Source: a virus (lineage: Duplodnaviria; Heunggongvirae; Uroviricota; Caudoviricetes). Taken from it: a stretch of DNA of 64,000 nt. The notes beneath the pieces are model-generated. The model saw nothing but the letters and a program-made list of their open reading frames with translations. It made no database searches and was not told the DNA's origin. Position numbers and translations under genes: made by a program. Where the stretch lies: the IMG/VR virus record IMGVR_UViG_2654587772_000002; one strand, given 5' to 3'. This document shows positions 1-9,984 of the stretch, piece by piece. How positions within the stretch are numbered: the stretch's first letter is position 1; every line of letters starts with the position of its first letter.

Positions 1-66
1 GATTGTTCTTTGATTACGCGCTTGGAGTCGGCGCTATCACAAGTCATTCGTCGAGCGTTAGATAAA

Positions 67-83
67 ATTGCTCTAATGCATTG
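67..83 (+). promoter_or_regulatory. C1 repressor operator-like site (ATTGCTCTAATGCATTG) upstream of lpa
   Basis: Direct match to the asymmetric P1 C1 operator consensus ATTGCTCTAATAAATTT. Confidence 0.5.
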
Positions 84-153
84 CTATTTCTTTAATCGAT
101 GGTATTATATTCGACGTTGATTAGTTGACATGGGCTAATCAGTAGGTGACAGG

Positions 154-606
154 ATGTTACTTAACTGGCAGGGACGCCACTTCATGGAAATAAATCACTC
201 ACGAATAACATCGTACGAGATTGCGGATTACATGATCCGCACTAAATCTCTTCTATCAGCGAAAGAACTCGCAGCAATTCTTGAAAAGGAATACCCGCAT
301 CTGGATGTCGATAAGCGCGATGTTTATCTGCGCTTAAAGGCTATCGCTGTGTCTAAGTATTCGTCTGTTTTGATTGATGACAGTACACGCCCACGTAGAT
401 TTCAGATCCACTCTCTGAATCCTGAATTCTTTCGCCGCAGCCGCGCTCCGCGCCGGTTTGATGAAAAACTCCAGAACGAACTCTATATGACGCAGGACGA
501 AAAGGAACGCCGGGAGCACCAGCCTTGGGTAATGGCGCGTCAACTTTTCAATAAGGTGGCCCGTCAGCACCGTCATTACGGTAATGCCACATCCGCACGT
601 ATCTGA
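154..606 (+). CDS. lpa: Late promoter activator Lpa-like protein (150 aa)
   Basis: 150-aa ORF immediately upstream of pacA, as in P1; assigned by size and synteny, not by sequence recall. Confidence 0.55.
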   Translation: MLLNWQGRHFMEINHSRITSYEIADYMIRTKSLLSAKELAAILEKEYPHLDVDKRDVYLRLKAIAVSKYSSVLIDDSTRPRRFQIHSLNPEFFRRSRAPRRFDEKLQNELYMTQDEKERREHQPWVMARQLFNKVARQHRHYGNATSARI

Positions 607-691
607 TTGATTGCTTGCCCGTTCCGGGCCTTTTGACATGTGACTTTCGTTACCCTCGCGTCAAAAAGAGTTTTTACGAAAGGAAGCATAA

Positions 692-1885
692 GTGACCTGG
701 GACGATCACAAGAAGAATTTTGCTCGCCTGGCGCGAGATGGTGGTTACACCATCGCACAGTATGCCGCCGAGTTTAATCTTAACCCTAATACCGCACGTC
801 GTTATCTCCGTGCCTTCAAAGAAGACACCAGGACTGCGGACAGCCGCAAGCCAAATAAGCCAGTCAGGAAGCCACTAAAAGGCATGATCATTGATCACTC
901 TAATGATCAACATGCAGGTGATCATATTGCGGCTGAAATAGCGGAAAAACAGAGAGTTAATGCCGTTGTCAGTGCCGCAGTCGAGAATGCGAAGCGCCAA
1001 AATAAGCGCATAAATGATCGTTCAGATGATCATGACGTGATCACCCGCGCCCACCGGACCTTACGTGATCGCCTGGAACGCGACACCCTGGATGATGATG
1101 GTGAACGCTTTGAATTCGAAGCTGGCGATTACCTGATAGATAACGTTGAAGCGCGGAAGGCCGCGCGCGCTATGTTGCGTCGGTCCGGGGCCGATGTTCT
1201 GGAAACCACTCTTCTTGAAAAGTCTCTTTCTCATCTCCTTATGCTGGAGAACGCCAGGGATACGTGTATTCGTCTGGTGCAGGAAATGCGCGATCAGCAA
1301 AAAGACGATGATGAAGGGACTCCGCCTGAATATCGTATCGCGAGCATGCTAAACAGCTGTTCCGCGCAGATAAGCAGCCTGATCAACACCATTTACAGCA
1401 TCCGGAATAACTATCGAAAAGAAAGCCGGGAGGCGGAAAAGCACGCTTTATCTATGGGGCAAGCTGGCATTGTTAAGCTGGCATACGAACGAAAGCGTGA
1501 AAATAACTGGTCAGTGCTGGAAGCAGCTGAATTCATCGAGGCGCATGGCGGAAAAGTGCCGCCCCTGATGCTGGAGCAAATCAAAGCCGATCTGCGTGCT
1601 CCTAAGACCAATACCGATGATGAGGAAAGGCAAACAGCCGTCGGTGGCCCTTCTCTTGAAGATCTGGACAAAGTTGCGCGAGAACGGGCTGCCAACCGCC
1701 GCGCCGATGCCGCATTGTGGATTGAGCAGCGTAGGGAAGAAATCGCCGATATCGTTGATACAGGCGGTTATGGAGATGTTGATACTGAAGGTGTATCAAA
1801 CGACCCATGGCTGGAACAAGACCTGGACGAAGACGAGGAGGAAGACGAAGAAGTTACCCGCAAGCTATACGGGGATGATGATTAA
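692..1885 (+). CDS. pacA: Terminase pac-recognition subunit PacA (397 aa)
   Basis: 397 aa, GTG start with AAGGAAG SD; contains the GATC-hexamer pac site internally; stop overlaps pacB start. Confidence 0.8.
   Translation: MTWDDHKKNFARLARDGGYTIAQYAAEFNLNPNTARRYLRAFKEDTRTADSRKPNKPVRKPLKGMIIDHSNDQHAGDHIAAEIAEKQRVNAVVSAAVENAKRQNKRINDRSDDHDVITRAHRTLRDRLERDTLDDDGERFEFEAGDYLIDNVEARKAARAMLRRSGADVLETTLLEKSLSHLLMLENARDTCIRLVQEMRDQQKDDDEGTPPEYRIASMLNSCSAQISSLINTIYSIRNNYRKESREAEKHALSMGQAGIVKLAYERKRENNWSVLEAAEFIEAHGGKVPPLMLEQIKADLRAPKTNTDDEERQTAVGGPSLEDLDKVARERAANRRADAALWIEQRREEIADIVDTGGYGDVDTEGVSNDPWLEQDLDEDEEEDEEVTRKLYGDDD
885..1044. other. pac packaging site: four TGATCA hexamers (885-924) and three TGATCR hexamers (1015-1044) flanking the cleavage region
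   Basis: Hexamer repeats containing Dam GATC sites read directly in sequence inside pacA, matching the P1 pac architecture. Confidence 0.7.
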
Positions 1886-3369
1886 TGGCCAGAAGTTGCG
1901 TAACGGATCCACGTTGGCGCGAGCTGGTGGCGCTATATCGTTATGACTGGATTGCTGCCGCTGATGTTTTGTTCGGCAAAACACCTACCTGGCAGCAGGA
2001 TCTGATTATTGAGTCTGTGCAGGAACAGGGTAGCAAGACATCTGTTTCGTCTGGTCACGGTACCGGGAAATCAGACATGACTTCTATCATGATCATGTTG
2101 TTCATAATCATGTATCCCGGTGCCCGCGCCATTATCGTTGCGAACAAAATTCAGCAGGTAATGACCGGTATATTCAAGTACATCAAGATAAACTGGGCTA
2201 CTGCCACCAGCCGTTTTCCATGGCTTGCTGATTATTTTGTTCTGACAGAAACCGCTTTCTATGAGGTTACTGGTAAAGGTGTATGGACTGTAGTACCGAA
2301 GGGCTTTCGTCTGGGAAGTGAAGAAGCTCTCGCCGGTGAACACGCAGATCATCTTCTGTATATTATCGATGAAGCCTCCGGTGTCAGTGATAGAGCTTTC
2401 GGTATCATCACTGGTGCTCTTACCGGACAGGATAACCGCATCTTATTACTGTCACAGCCTACACGCCCAAGCGGCTATTTCTACGATACTCACCATAAAC
2501 TGGCCAAGCGTCCTGGTAACCCTGATGGCGTTTATACGGCGATCACGCTTAACAGTGAGGAATCACCGCTGGTAACGCCAGCATTTATCAAAATGAAGCT
2601 GGCGGAGTACGGCGGGCGTGATAACCCTATGTACATGATTAAGGTACGCGGACTATTCCCTAAATCACAGGATGGCTTCCTTCTTGGACGTGATGAGGTT
2701 GAACGTGCGACGCGGCGGAAAGTCAAGATTGCCAAAGGATGGGGCTGGCTTGCATGTGTGGACGTTGCTGGTGGTACAGGACGGGATAAGTCCGTTATCA
2801 ATATCATGATGGTGTCCGGCCAGCGAAATAAACGCCGTGTAATCAACTATCGAATGCTGGAATACACAGACGTTACAGAAACGCAGCTTGCCGCCAAAAT
2901 TTTCGCAGAATGTAATCCTGAGCGATTCCCAAATATCACCATAGCGATAGACGGCGATGGGCTGGGTAAAGCAACGGCGGATCTGATGTACGAGTATTAT
3001 GGTATTACCGTACAGCGCATACGCTGGGGTAAAAAGATGCATAGCCGTGAAGATAAGAGCCTGTACTTTGATAAACGTGCTTATGCCAACGTTCAAGCCG
3101 CAGAGGCCGTAAAATCTGGTCGTATGAGACTGGATAAGGGTAATGAAACTATTGAGGAAGCGTCGAAAATCCCTGTAGGGATTAACTCCGCAGGTCAATG
3201 GAAGGTGATGAGTAAGGAGGATATGAAGAAAAAACTCAACCTGCACTCACCAGACCATTGGGATACATATTGTTTCGCTATGCTGGCGGATTATGTTCCC
3301 CAGGACGAAGTGCTTAGCGTCGAAGACGAAGCGCAGGTTGATGAAGCTCTGGCATGGCTTAATGAATGA
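1885..3369 (+). CDS. pacB: Terminase large subunit PacB (494 aa)
   Basis: 494-aa ORF translationally coupled to pacA (ATGATTAATGG overlap). Confidence 0.8.
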   Translation: MARSCVTDPRWRELVALYRYDWIAAADVLFGKTPTWQQDLIIESVQEQGSKTSVSSGHGTGKSDMTSIMIMLFIIMYPGARAIIVANKIQQVMTGIFKYIKINWATATSRFPWLADYFVLTETAFYEVTGKGVWTVVPKGFRLGSEEALAGEHADHLLYIIDEASGVSDRAFGIITGALTGQDNRILLLSQPTRPSGYFYDTHHKLAKRPGNPDGVYTAITLNSEESPLVTPAFIKMKLAEYGGRDNPMYMIKVRGLFPKSQDGFLLGRDEVERATRRKVKIAKGWGWLACVDVAGGTGRDKSVINIMMVSGQRNKRRVINYRMLEYTDVTETQLAAKIFAECNPERFPNITIAIDGDGLGKATADLMYEYYGITVQRIRWGKKMHSREDKSLYFDKRAYANVQAAEAVKSGRMRLDKGNETIEEASKIPVGINSAGQWKVMSKEDMKKKLNLHSPDHWDTYCFAMLADYVPQDEVLSVEDEAQVDEALAWLNE

Positions 3370-3372
3370 ATA

Positions 3373-3389
3373 CTTGCTCTAATAAATTG
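3373..3389 (+). promoter_or_regulatory. C1 operator-like site (CTTGCTCTAATAAATTG) preceding the immI-like module
   Basis: 15/17 match to C1 operator consensus. Confidence 0.5.
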
Positions 3390-3569
3390 TGTTTTTTAAC
3401 TGCCGATGTTACATTGAGCCTGACCTCTTGCGCCTTGAGGCATTTTCGGTTTATGCTTATCAGGCACCTCAGTAAAACGGGTGCCGGGATTGAGACCCCG
3501 GATAATGCAAAAGGCGACACAGACGCCAAAAGCGTCTTTTTTTGTGTCATGCCATCGCACAGCCATACG

Positions 3570-3700
3570 TAGCGTTTAGCTCAGAGATCAATGGTAGTGC
3601 TGGCTGGGCTGCCGAAAGGCAGGCCGGTTCCCTTTTGCGCCGGTAGTCTCAACCCAGTCAGTGCTACCGCCATTGAGATTGAGACCTCACGCGGTAGCTC
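3570..3700 (+). ncRNA. Candidate c4-type antisense RNA (structured, tRNA-like leader) upstream of icd-ant
   Basis: Non-coding stretch with extended internal complementarity (ATCAATGGTAGTGCTGG vs CAGTGCTACCGCCATTGAG) and a segment (CAATGGTAGT) complementary to the icd leader/SD region (GCTGCCATTG); position matches the c4-icd-ant arrangement of P1 immI. Confidence 0.3.
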
Positions 3701-3728
3701 CTTAAATTAGCAAAAGGAGGCTGCCATT

Positions 3729-3950
3729 GTGGCTACTATCCCTACCCCAGCTCATCCTGAATTTATCTGGCGCTTTTACTCCTGCCAAAAACGTCACTAT
3801 CACTTCGTTATTGCACCGACAGAAGATGAGGCACGTTCTCAGCTTCCGGATGCTCCCTGTATTTTCTCTGCCCGCTTTTCTACCGATTCGCGCAATTCTC
3901 TCAGTTACTGGTGCCTCCCTGTTAACGCTTCTGCTCAGGAGGGACTATGA
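3729..3950 (+). CDS. Icd-like small protein (73 aa), translationally coupled to ant
   Basis: GTG start 10 nt after strong SD AAAGGAGG; stop overlaps ant ATG (ATGA); size matches P1 icd. Confidence 0.4.
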   Translation: MATIPTPAHPEFIWRFYSCQKRHYHFVIAPTEDEARSQLPDAPCIFSARFSTDSRNSLSYWCLPVNASAQEGL

Positions 3951-5049
3951 GAACGTCATTAGTCACCCGTGAAGAGATGATCGAGGCAATTGAACAGCAC
4001 ACTGCCTGTATCAGTACCAGGGATATACCGGGCGTTATTGCCAACTACTTCATGATCACCAAACAACTTTACCGGAGAAAGGACAAATACGCGGTTCACC
4101 GCATTCTGCTAACCGATATCCGTGAATACCTGCTCGAACAGGGTCATCTGAATTACGCAACCGTCGCAGCCGAAGCACGCAAGGAGGCACACAGAATGAA
4201 AGCAACTAACGTTAAATCAGAAAAAATTTATGCACCTTCAGTTCAGGAATCGGAACTGGTGGTTGTTCAGAATCAGCCGGATGAAATTCCCGTTCTGGAA
4301 TGGCAGGGAGTACGTGTCGTGACAACCGAAACTCTTGCTAGAGGGTATGGTGTCGATGAAGCCAATATTCGCAACAATTTGTCTCGCAACCTTGACCGCT
4401 TTGAAGAAGGTAAGCATTACTTTCTTCTAACTGGTTTAAAATTAAGAGAATTTAAGAACAGAGTAACCGGAAGTTACTCTGTTGGTAAGAACGCCAGAAG
4501 CCTTACACTCTGGACAGAGCGCGGCGCTGCACGCATGTCTAAGATCGTGGACACAAATGAAGCATGGGCATTCTTTGAAAAACTGGAAGACAGCTACTTC
4601 CGGCAAAAAGAACAGCAACCGGTTGCAATCCCCCAGACGCTTCCAGAAGCTCTGCGCCTGGCTGCCGAACTGGCTGAACAAAAGAACAGAAAGCCCACCA
4701 GCTAAATCAGCAGCTGGTGGCCGCCGCTCCTAAAGTCGATTTTGCCGACCGGGTATCAGTAGCTAAAGGGATCCTGATTGGGAATTTTGCAAAGGTTGTT
4801 GGACTTAAGCAAAACGCGCTGTTTGCCTGGTTACGGGAGAACGGCATCCTGATAGCGTCCGGTGGACGTAAAAATGTGCCGTTCCAGCAGTACATCAATG
4901 CGGGGTATTTCACGGTGAAAGAAGTGGTGCTGGATGATGAAGATGGCTACCAGATACGGTTGACGCCTCAATTAACGGGTAAAGGCCAGCAGTGGTTGAC
5001 GCGTAAACTGCTCGATGCTGGCTTGTTAAAACCGGTGGCGGCTGAATAA
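3947..5049 (+). pseudogene. Antirepressor Ant-like gene (ORF6N-type N-domain + KilAC-type C-domain) split into two ORFs (3947-4705 and 4717-5049) by a frameshift near 4678-4705
   Basis: Domain-like motifs recognised in translation (VRVVTTETLARGYGVDEANI...; PKVDFADRVSVAKGILIGNFAKVVG...); frame 1 is open from 4678 and continues the reading sense of the upstream ORF. Confidence 0.5.
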
Positions 5050-5056
5050 TGGAAGA

Positions 5057-5078
5057 ATGCCCGGTTGATGCCGGGCAT
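5057..5078. terminator. Bidirectional hairpin terminator between ant (+) and c1 (-)
   Basis: 8-bp perfect stem ATGCCCGG/CCGGGCAT with 6-nt loop between convergent genes. Confidence 0.5.
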
Positions 5079-5081
5079 AAT

Positions 5082-5933
5082 TTATTGCGCGCTTTCGGGG
5101 TTGTCGTTTACTGGCTGCCCCTTCTTGGTTTTACGGCTGCGCGTAACTGATGCGGCTGACTTAACCTTTTTCTCTTCGCGAGTGATGGCAATTTGTTTTT
5201 TTACATTTTCAATATCTGCCAGGCGATATATTTTTGCTTGCGGCCAGCGGTCGCAGATGATCGGTTCTATAGAGTCATAAAGGCTAAATTTTGCTTTCTC
5301 GAATTCACCGTTGATGATGATTCCATCACGGAGAGTTTCATCGCAGATAAACACGCCACACAGCGGTACATGGTAACTAACTGATTTACCATCATTGTAG
5401 TTAGGGCTACTGGAGATGTAGTGGACGCGCAGCATTGTTTCGCTAAAGCCGTGTACACGCATACGGAATTTTTCATCCTCCGGGTACTGCCTCATTAGCT
5501 CTTTTGTTGCTTCCAGGTTCTCTATGTATTTCGCACTGTGCTCATTGATCCCCGCGCTTTTTTGGATGCGAATGTCCTTATCAATCAGATGAATAATGCG
5601 GCCAGCGGTCATGTTGACGCTGTTCACAGCTTCTGTCTGATAAGTTGTAACCTTGCGCACACCGCGAAGGATGTTAGGCACTGGATATAAAATAGTCTTT
5701 GGGATATTGAGGTCTGGGTACTGTTCCAGTTCCCGCGCCATTAAAGTCCATTTATCAATTTCAGCCTGAATGCTGTCAGTTTCTTTGAACGGTAGAACGA
5801 CAACCGGGCGTACAGGACGACCGTCGCTGGCTGTATCAACGTGTTGGGCGCGTGCAACAGCTTTTTTTAGAAAGAGATCCCTGAAGCTGACGAACTCCTG
5901 GTACAGTTGTTCGCCGTAGACATAATTTATCAT
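5082..5933 (-). CDS. c1: C1 repressor of lysis (283 aa)
   Basis: 283-aa ORF beginning MINYVYGEQLYQEF, recognised as P1 C1; adjacent coi and operator sites. Confidence 0.9.
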   Translation of the reverse strand: MINYVYGEQLYQEFVSFRDLFLKKAVARAQHVDTASDGRPVRPVVVLPFKETDSIQAEIDKWTLMARELEQYPDLNIPKTILYPVPNILRGVRKVTTYQTEAVNSVNMTAGRIIHLIDKDIRIQKSAGINEHSAKYIENLEATKELMRQYPEDEKFRMRVHGFSETMLRVHYISSSPNYNDGKSVSYHVPLCGVFICDETLRDGIIINGEFEKAKFSLYDSIEPIICDRWPQAKIYRLADIENVKKQIAITREEKKVKSAASVTRSRKTKKGQPVNDNPESAQ

Positions 5934-6043
5934 TGATCCTCCTCCAGAATTGACATGGTCAATAACGCCCGGCTGAGAAAACCGGTCATTACTGACCTAT
6001 ATTATAGAGGGATCAAACAAAAATAATAGATTTATTAGTGCAT

Positions 6044-6253
6044 TTATTGTGAGTCCAACTGGTTAGTTGCCATGAGATATTCGATTGTGTCAGTGAGGTC
6101 ATCCAGGTCGTCTTGGGTGATGCGGTACTCCTGATTGGATATCTTTGAGTAGTGTTCAGCAATGGCGCGGGCAGCGTCGGTTTCGGCAGGGTCTACAGAT
6201 AAAGCGTTAGAGCAATGTCTAACGTCGTCGATGGTTGGTTGAATGAAAGCCAT
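6044..6253 (-). CDS. coi: C1 inactivator Coi (69 aa)
   Basis: 69-aa ORF upstream of c1 in same orientation, operator sites upstream. Confidence 0.8.
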   Translation of the reverse strand: MAFIQPTIDDVRHCSNALSVDPAETDAARAIAEHYSKISNQEYRITQDDLDDLTDTIEYLMATNQLDSQ

Positions 6254-6492
6254 AATTATGCCTCACTGTATTGACAACACAGAGCCTGAAGCTCTGACCT
6301 ACTGTTTCACCCATGATCCATGCTGGGGTAATCTAACAACATTGCGCTGTGTGTAAGATGAGCAATGCATAGCTGTAATGCCGTTGTATAAGGTTTCCCT
6401 GTTTGCTCATTTCCTTCTGAGCCGCTCTACAACGCTGAAGACACATTAAATAGTGAATCCAAAGTCGTATTACGAAACGGCGGCAAAACTAT

Positions 6493-6509
6493 AATTTATT
6501 AGAGCAATT
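6493..6509 (-). promoter_or_regulatory. C1 operator (reverse complement ATTGCTCTAATAAATTA) in coi-c1 promoter region
   Basis: 16/17 consensus match on minus strand. Confidence 0.6.
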
Positions 6510-6574
6510 GTCAAACAACTATGAAAAACAATCCAGTTTTTGGCTGGTGGAGTGGGATTTTTCTCTCAAAATTT

Positions 6575-6590
6575 ATTGCTCTAATAATTC
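6575..6590 (+). promoter_or_regulatory. C1 operator (ATTGCTCTAATAATTC) in coi-c1 promoter region
   Basis: Consensus match read in sequence. Confidence 0.6.
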
Positions 6591-6634
6591 TTGATTTTTA
6601 TGCGCAGCTGGACGTAAACTCCTCTTCAGACCTA

Positions 6635-6668
6635 ATAACTTCGTATAGCATACATTATACGAAGTTAT
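6635..6668. other. loxP: loxP site-specific recombination site (ATAACTTCGTATA-GCATACAT-TATACGAAGTTAT)
   Basis: Exact 34-bp loxP sequence present. Confidence 0.98.
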
Positions 6669-6857
6669 ATTAAGGGTTATTGAATATGATCAATTTACCT
6701 GTAAATCCATACAGTTCAATACCTTGGCAGGTCAAATAGTGATCACTTGATCATTTGATCAAGGTTGCGCTACGTAAAATCTGTGAAAAATTGGCGGTGT
6801 TAGTCCTACAGATTTCGCGTAGCGCACTTAGCACCACCAATCAATCAGAGGTGAAAA

Positions 6858-7079
6858 ATGGGATATTCAACTGCTAAAGTGTCCACTCATCTTGAGCTTG
6901 AGAAAAACCGTGGTTACTGGCGGGCAAAAGGGTTTGATCGTGATAGTTGCCAACTGTCATTATCGCGCGGTGAAGAAAAAATAGAACGCACGCGCGGTCG
7001 CTGGCGTTTCTATGACGAGAACCATAAACAGGTAAAGGCAGAGCCGATCCTGTACACTTTACTTAAAACCATTATCTGA
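6858..7079 (+). CDS. Hypothetical small protein (73 aa) between loxP and cre
   Basis: ORF with SD GAGGTG 7 nt upstream of ATG; no recognisable domain. Confidence 0.3.
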   Translation: MGYSTAKVSTHLELEKNRGYWRAKGFDRDSCQLSLSRGEEKIERTRGRWRFYDENHKQVKAEPILYTLLKTII

Positions 7080-7086
7080 GTGTTAA

Positions 7087-8118
7087 ATGTCCAATTTACT
7101 GACCGTACACCAAAATTTGCCTGCATTACCGGTCGATGCAACGAGTGATGAGGTTCGCAAGAATCTGATGGACATGTTCAGGGATCGCCAGGCGTTTTCT
7201 GAGCATACTTGGAAAATGCTTCTGTCCGTTTGCCGGTCGTGGGCGGCATGGTGCAAGTTGAATAACCGGAAGTGGTTTCCCGCAGAACCTGAAGATGTTC
7301 GCGATTATCTTCTATATCTTCAGGCGCGCGGTCTGGCAGTGAAAACTATCCAGCAACATTTGGGCCAGCTAAATATGCTTCATCGTCGGTCCGGGCTGCC
7401 ACGACCAAGTGACAGCAATGCTGTTTCACTGGTCATGCGACGGATCCGAAAAGAAAACGTTGATGCCGGTGAGCGTGCAAAACAGGCGCTGGCGTTCGAA
7501 CGCACTGATTTCGACCAGGTTCGTTCACTCATGGAAAATAGCGATCGCTGCCAGGATATACGTAATCTGGCATTTCTGGGGATTGCTTATAACACCCTGT
7601 TACGTATAGCCGAAATTTCCAGGATCAGAGTTAAAGATATCTCACGTACTGACGGTGGGAGAATGTTAATCCATATTGGCAGAACGAAAACGCTGGTTAG
7701 CACCGCTGGTGTAGAGAAGGCACTTAGTCTGGGGGTAACTAAACTGGTTGAGCGATGGATTTCTGTCTCTGGTGTGGCTGATGATCCGAATAACTACTTG
7801 TTTTGCCGTGTCAGAAAAAATGGTGTTGCCGCGCCATCTGCCACCAGCCAGCTATCAACTCGCGCCCTGGAAGGGATTTTTGAAGCAACTCACCGATTGA
7901 TTTACGGGGCTAAGGATGACTCTGGCCAGAGGTACCTGGCCTGGTCTGGACACAGTGCCCGTGTCGGAGCCGCGCGAGATATGGCCCGCGCCGGAGTTTC
8001 AATACCGGAGATCATGCAAGCTGGTGGCTGGACCAACGTAAATATTGTCATGAACTATATCCGTAACCTGGATAGTGAAACAGGGGCAATGGTGCGCCTG
8101 CTGGAAGATGGCGATTAG
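7087..8118 (+). CDS. cre: Cre tyrosine recombinase (343 aa)
   Basis: Translation begins MSNLLTVHQNLPALPVDATSDEVRKNLMDMFRDRQAFSEHTWKMLLSVCRSWAAWCKLNNRKWFPAEPEDVRDYLLYLQARGLAVKTIQQHLGQLNMLHRRSGLPRPSDSNAVSLVMRRIRKENVDAGERAKQALAFERTDFDQVRSLMENSDRCQDIRNLAFLGIAYNTLLRIAEISRIRVKDISRTDGGRMLIHIGRTKTLVSTAGVEKALSLGVTKLVERWISVSGVADDPNNYLFCRVRKNGVAAPSATSQLSTRALEGIFEATHRLIYGAKDDSGQRYLAWSGHSARVGAARDMARAGVSIPEIMQAGGWTNVNIVMNYIRNLDSETGAMVRLLEDGD, i.e. Cre; loxP ~420 bp upstream. Confidence 0.98.
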   Translation: MSNLLTVHQNLPALPVDATSDEVRKNLMDMFRDRQAFSEHTWKMLLSVCRSWAAWCKLNNRKWFPAEPEDVRDYLLYLQARGLAVKTIQQHLGQLNMLHRRSGLPRPSDSNAVSLVMRRIRKENVDAGERAKQALAFERTDFDQVRSLMENSDRCQDIRNLAFLGIAYNTLLRIAEISRIRVKDISRTDGGRMLIHIGRTKTLVSTAGVEKALSLGVTKLVERWISVSGVADDPNNYLFCRVRKNGVAAPSATSQLSTRALEGIFEATHRLIYGAKDDSGQRYLAWSGHSARVGAARDMARAGVSIPEIMQAGGWTNVNIVMNYIRNLDSETGAMVRLLEDGD

Positions 8119-8168
8119 CCATTAACGCGTAAATGATTGTTCTAATTCTTTGATATTTATGGTGACAT

Positions 8169-8480
8169 ATGAGAAAGGATTTCAACATCGACGGAAAATA
8201 TGTAGTGCTGTCTGTAAGCACTAATATTCAGTCGCCAGCCGTCATTGTCACTGTAAAGCTGAGCGATAGAATGCCTGATATTGACTCAATATCCGTTGCG
8301 TTCCCTGTCAAAAGTATGCGTGGTGCTGAACATTTCGTGATGAATGCCACCGAGGAAGAAGCACGGCGCGGTTTTGCTAAAGTAGTGTCTGACTTTGGCG
8401 AACTCTTGGATAAGGTTAACAATGTCCTTTCAATCAGTTCAGCAAGGTCCAAAGCGTTAACAGCTTCCATGATGAAATAA
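8169..8480 (+). CDS. Hypothetical protein (103 aa) downstream of cre (position of P1 cra)
   Basis: ORF only; no domain recognised. Confidence 0.35.
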   Translation: MRKDFNIDGKYVVLSVSTNIQSPAVIVTVKLSDRMPDIDSISVAFPVKSMRGAEHFVMNATEEEARRGFAKVVSDFGELLDKVNNVLSISSARSKALTASMMK

Positions 8481-8485
8481 AAAAA

Positions 8486-8504
8486 GCCTGGCAAGGAACC
8501 AGGC
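8486..8504 (-). terminator. Hairpin GCCTGG-loop-CCAGGC preceded by an A-run (U-run on minus strand)
   Basis: Stem-loop plus T-tract when read on minus strand. Confidence 0.35.
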
Positions 8505-8607
8505 TGCACAAAAGAGCGGGTTTGTGTTCCGCATCCAATCAATCAGAAAGGAGTATAGCACATAGATACTAAAGTGAAAAAATGTGACTGAAGATAAACA
8601 ATATAAC

Positions 8608-8624
8608 ATTGCTCTAATTGATTG
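8608..8624 (+). promoter_or_regulatory. C1 operator-like site (ATTGCTCTAATTGATTG), apparently orphaned from ref by the cargo insertion
   Basis: Consensus match; no operator found immediately upstream of the ref-like gene at 11982. Confidence 0.45.
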
Positions 8625-8828
8625 TTATAATTGAGCCGTGGCGTTAGTCAACTACGAAGACGTGGCCATTACCTACTTAACCAGTTCCGCCAGGGCAGCA
8701 GAGTAGGTTTCATCTCGGATGTACCATGCCTGCATGTTTTCCAGAGAAGCCCGCGAGGTTCCCGGACAGGACTCTGCCATTGCGATAGATTAAATGCAAT
8801 AACCTAAAAGCGATAACGTGGTGGAAAA

Positions 8829-9468
8829 ATGTTCATCAGAGCTTATTTAAGGGCATCAACGGAAGATCAGTTTGCCGATCGGGCAAAAGAGATGCTGGGG
8901 CAGTTTGTTCAGGAGCGGGGACATAAAATAGCCAGTTACTACCGGGAGAACATAAGCGGTACAAAACTCGACCGCCGGAACTGGGACGCTTACTGATGGA
9001 CAGCCACCGCAATGATATTTTACTGGTCGAGCAAATTGACCGCCTGACCCGTCTGAGTAACAGTGACTGGATTACGCTGAAAAAGCAGATAGAACAACAC
9101 GAACTGCGGATTGTCGCCTGGATGTATCCACCTCATGGCAGGCGCTGTCAGATAAAGACCCTTCGCAGGCTGACCCAATCACCCGCGCCGTGATAACCGC
9201 CATCAATAACATGCTTATCGACCTGATGGCCGCGATGTCGCATAAGGACTGGCTGAGCCGTCGCCAACGGCAACAACAGGGAATTGAACGGGCTCATACG
9301 CTGGGTAAATACCGGGGATAACAGGCCGATCAGGAACGGCATCAGAAAGTCCTGTACTACTGGCAGGTCAAGAAACTAAGTATCCATGAAACGGCAGATG
9401 CGACAGGGTACAGTCCTTCACAGATATGCCGCATTCAAGCCCTTTATAGAGAGCCTGAATCGGAATAA
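8829..9468 (+). pseudogene. Serine recombinase (resolvase/invertase family) remnant with at least two frame disruptions
   Basis: N-terminal MFIRAYLRASTEDQ motif (catalytic Ser region), then ...DILLVEQIDRLTRL... and a C-terminal HTH-like part in other frames; interrupted by stops. Confidence 0.6.
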
Positions 9469-9574
9469 AAAGTAGCCCAGGCGTTAATGGATTACCTTTC
9501 CAGGCTAAGCTCATTGCTCCTGTCAGATACGCAGCCCTGCCTGTAATAATACAGACTGGGCAATGTGTTGCCAC

Positions 9575-9904
9575 TCAGGCTGACAACTGTCGGAGGATAT
9601 CCGCTGTATTATAATGAGCCCGTTTTTCTATATATTTCCCGTCTTTCAGAGTGATCATAAACATCAGAGAAAAGCGCACTTTCCTGCCGCTGGCAGGATG
9701 CCCAAGGAATTCACGGGTCTGCACGCCTTCAAAGATAAGATAGCAGGCGACTTTATCGTCTCTGGCAAAGATTTCGTGGATACGCATTGTAAATCCCGGA
9801 AAAGCATCCATATGGCCTTTTTCCTGTACGATAAACTGCTCACTGTTCAGCGGTGTATCCACCTGAGAATAGAATTTAAAATCCGGATGGCAGAGGTTTT
9901 TCAC
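9575..9904 (-). CDS. NTF2-like/SnoaL-like small protein; upstream in-frame ATG (9976) is separated from the body by a TAA at 9965-9967
   Basis: Translation ...ENIKTVKKFYRLIEENKYDEVKNLCHPDF... resembles SnoaL-like fold proteins; in-frame stop read directly. Confidence 0.45.
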   Translation of the reverse strand: MKNLCHPDFKFYSQVDTPLNSEQFIVQEKGHMDAFPGFTMRIHEIFARDDKVACYLIFEGVQTREFLGHPASGRKVRFSLMFMITLKDGKYIEKRAHYNTADILRQLSA

Positions 9905-9984
9905 CTCATCATATTTATTTTCTTCAATCAGACGATAAAACTTTTTAACCGTTTTGATATTTTCTTAAACAGACATATTGCACC

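Noticed and set aside
3570-3700. Possible tRNA gene (GCTCAG and GGTTCC motifs)
   Set aside because: No acceptor stem or anticodon arm cloverleaf could be built; better explained as a c4-type antisense RNA, which is itself tRNA-like
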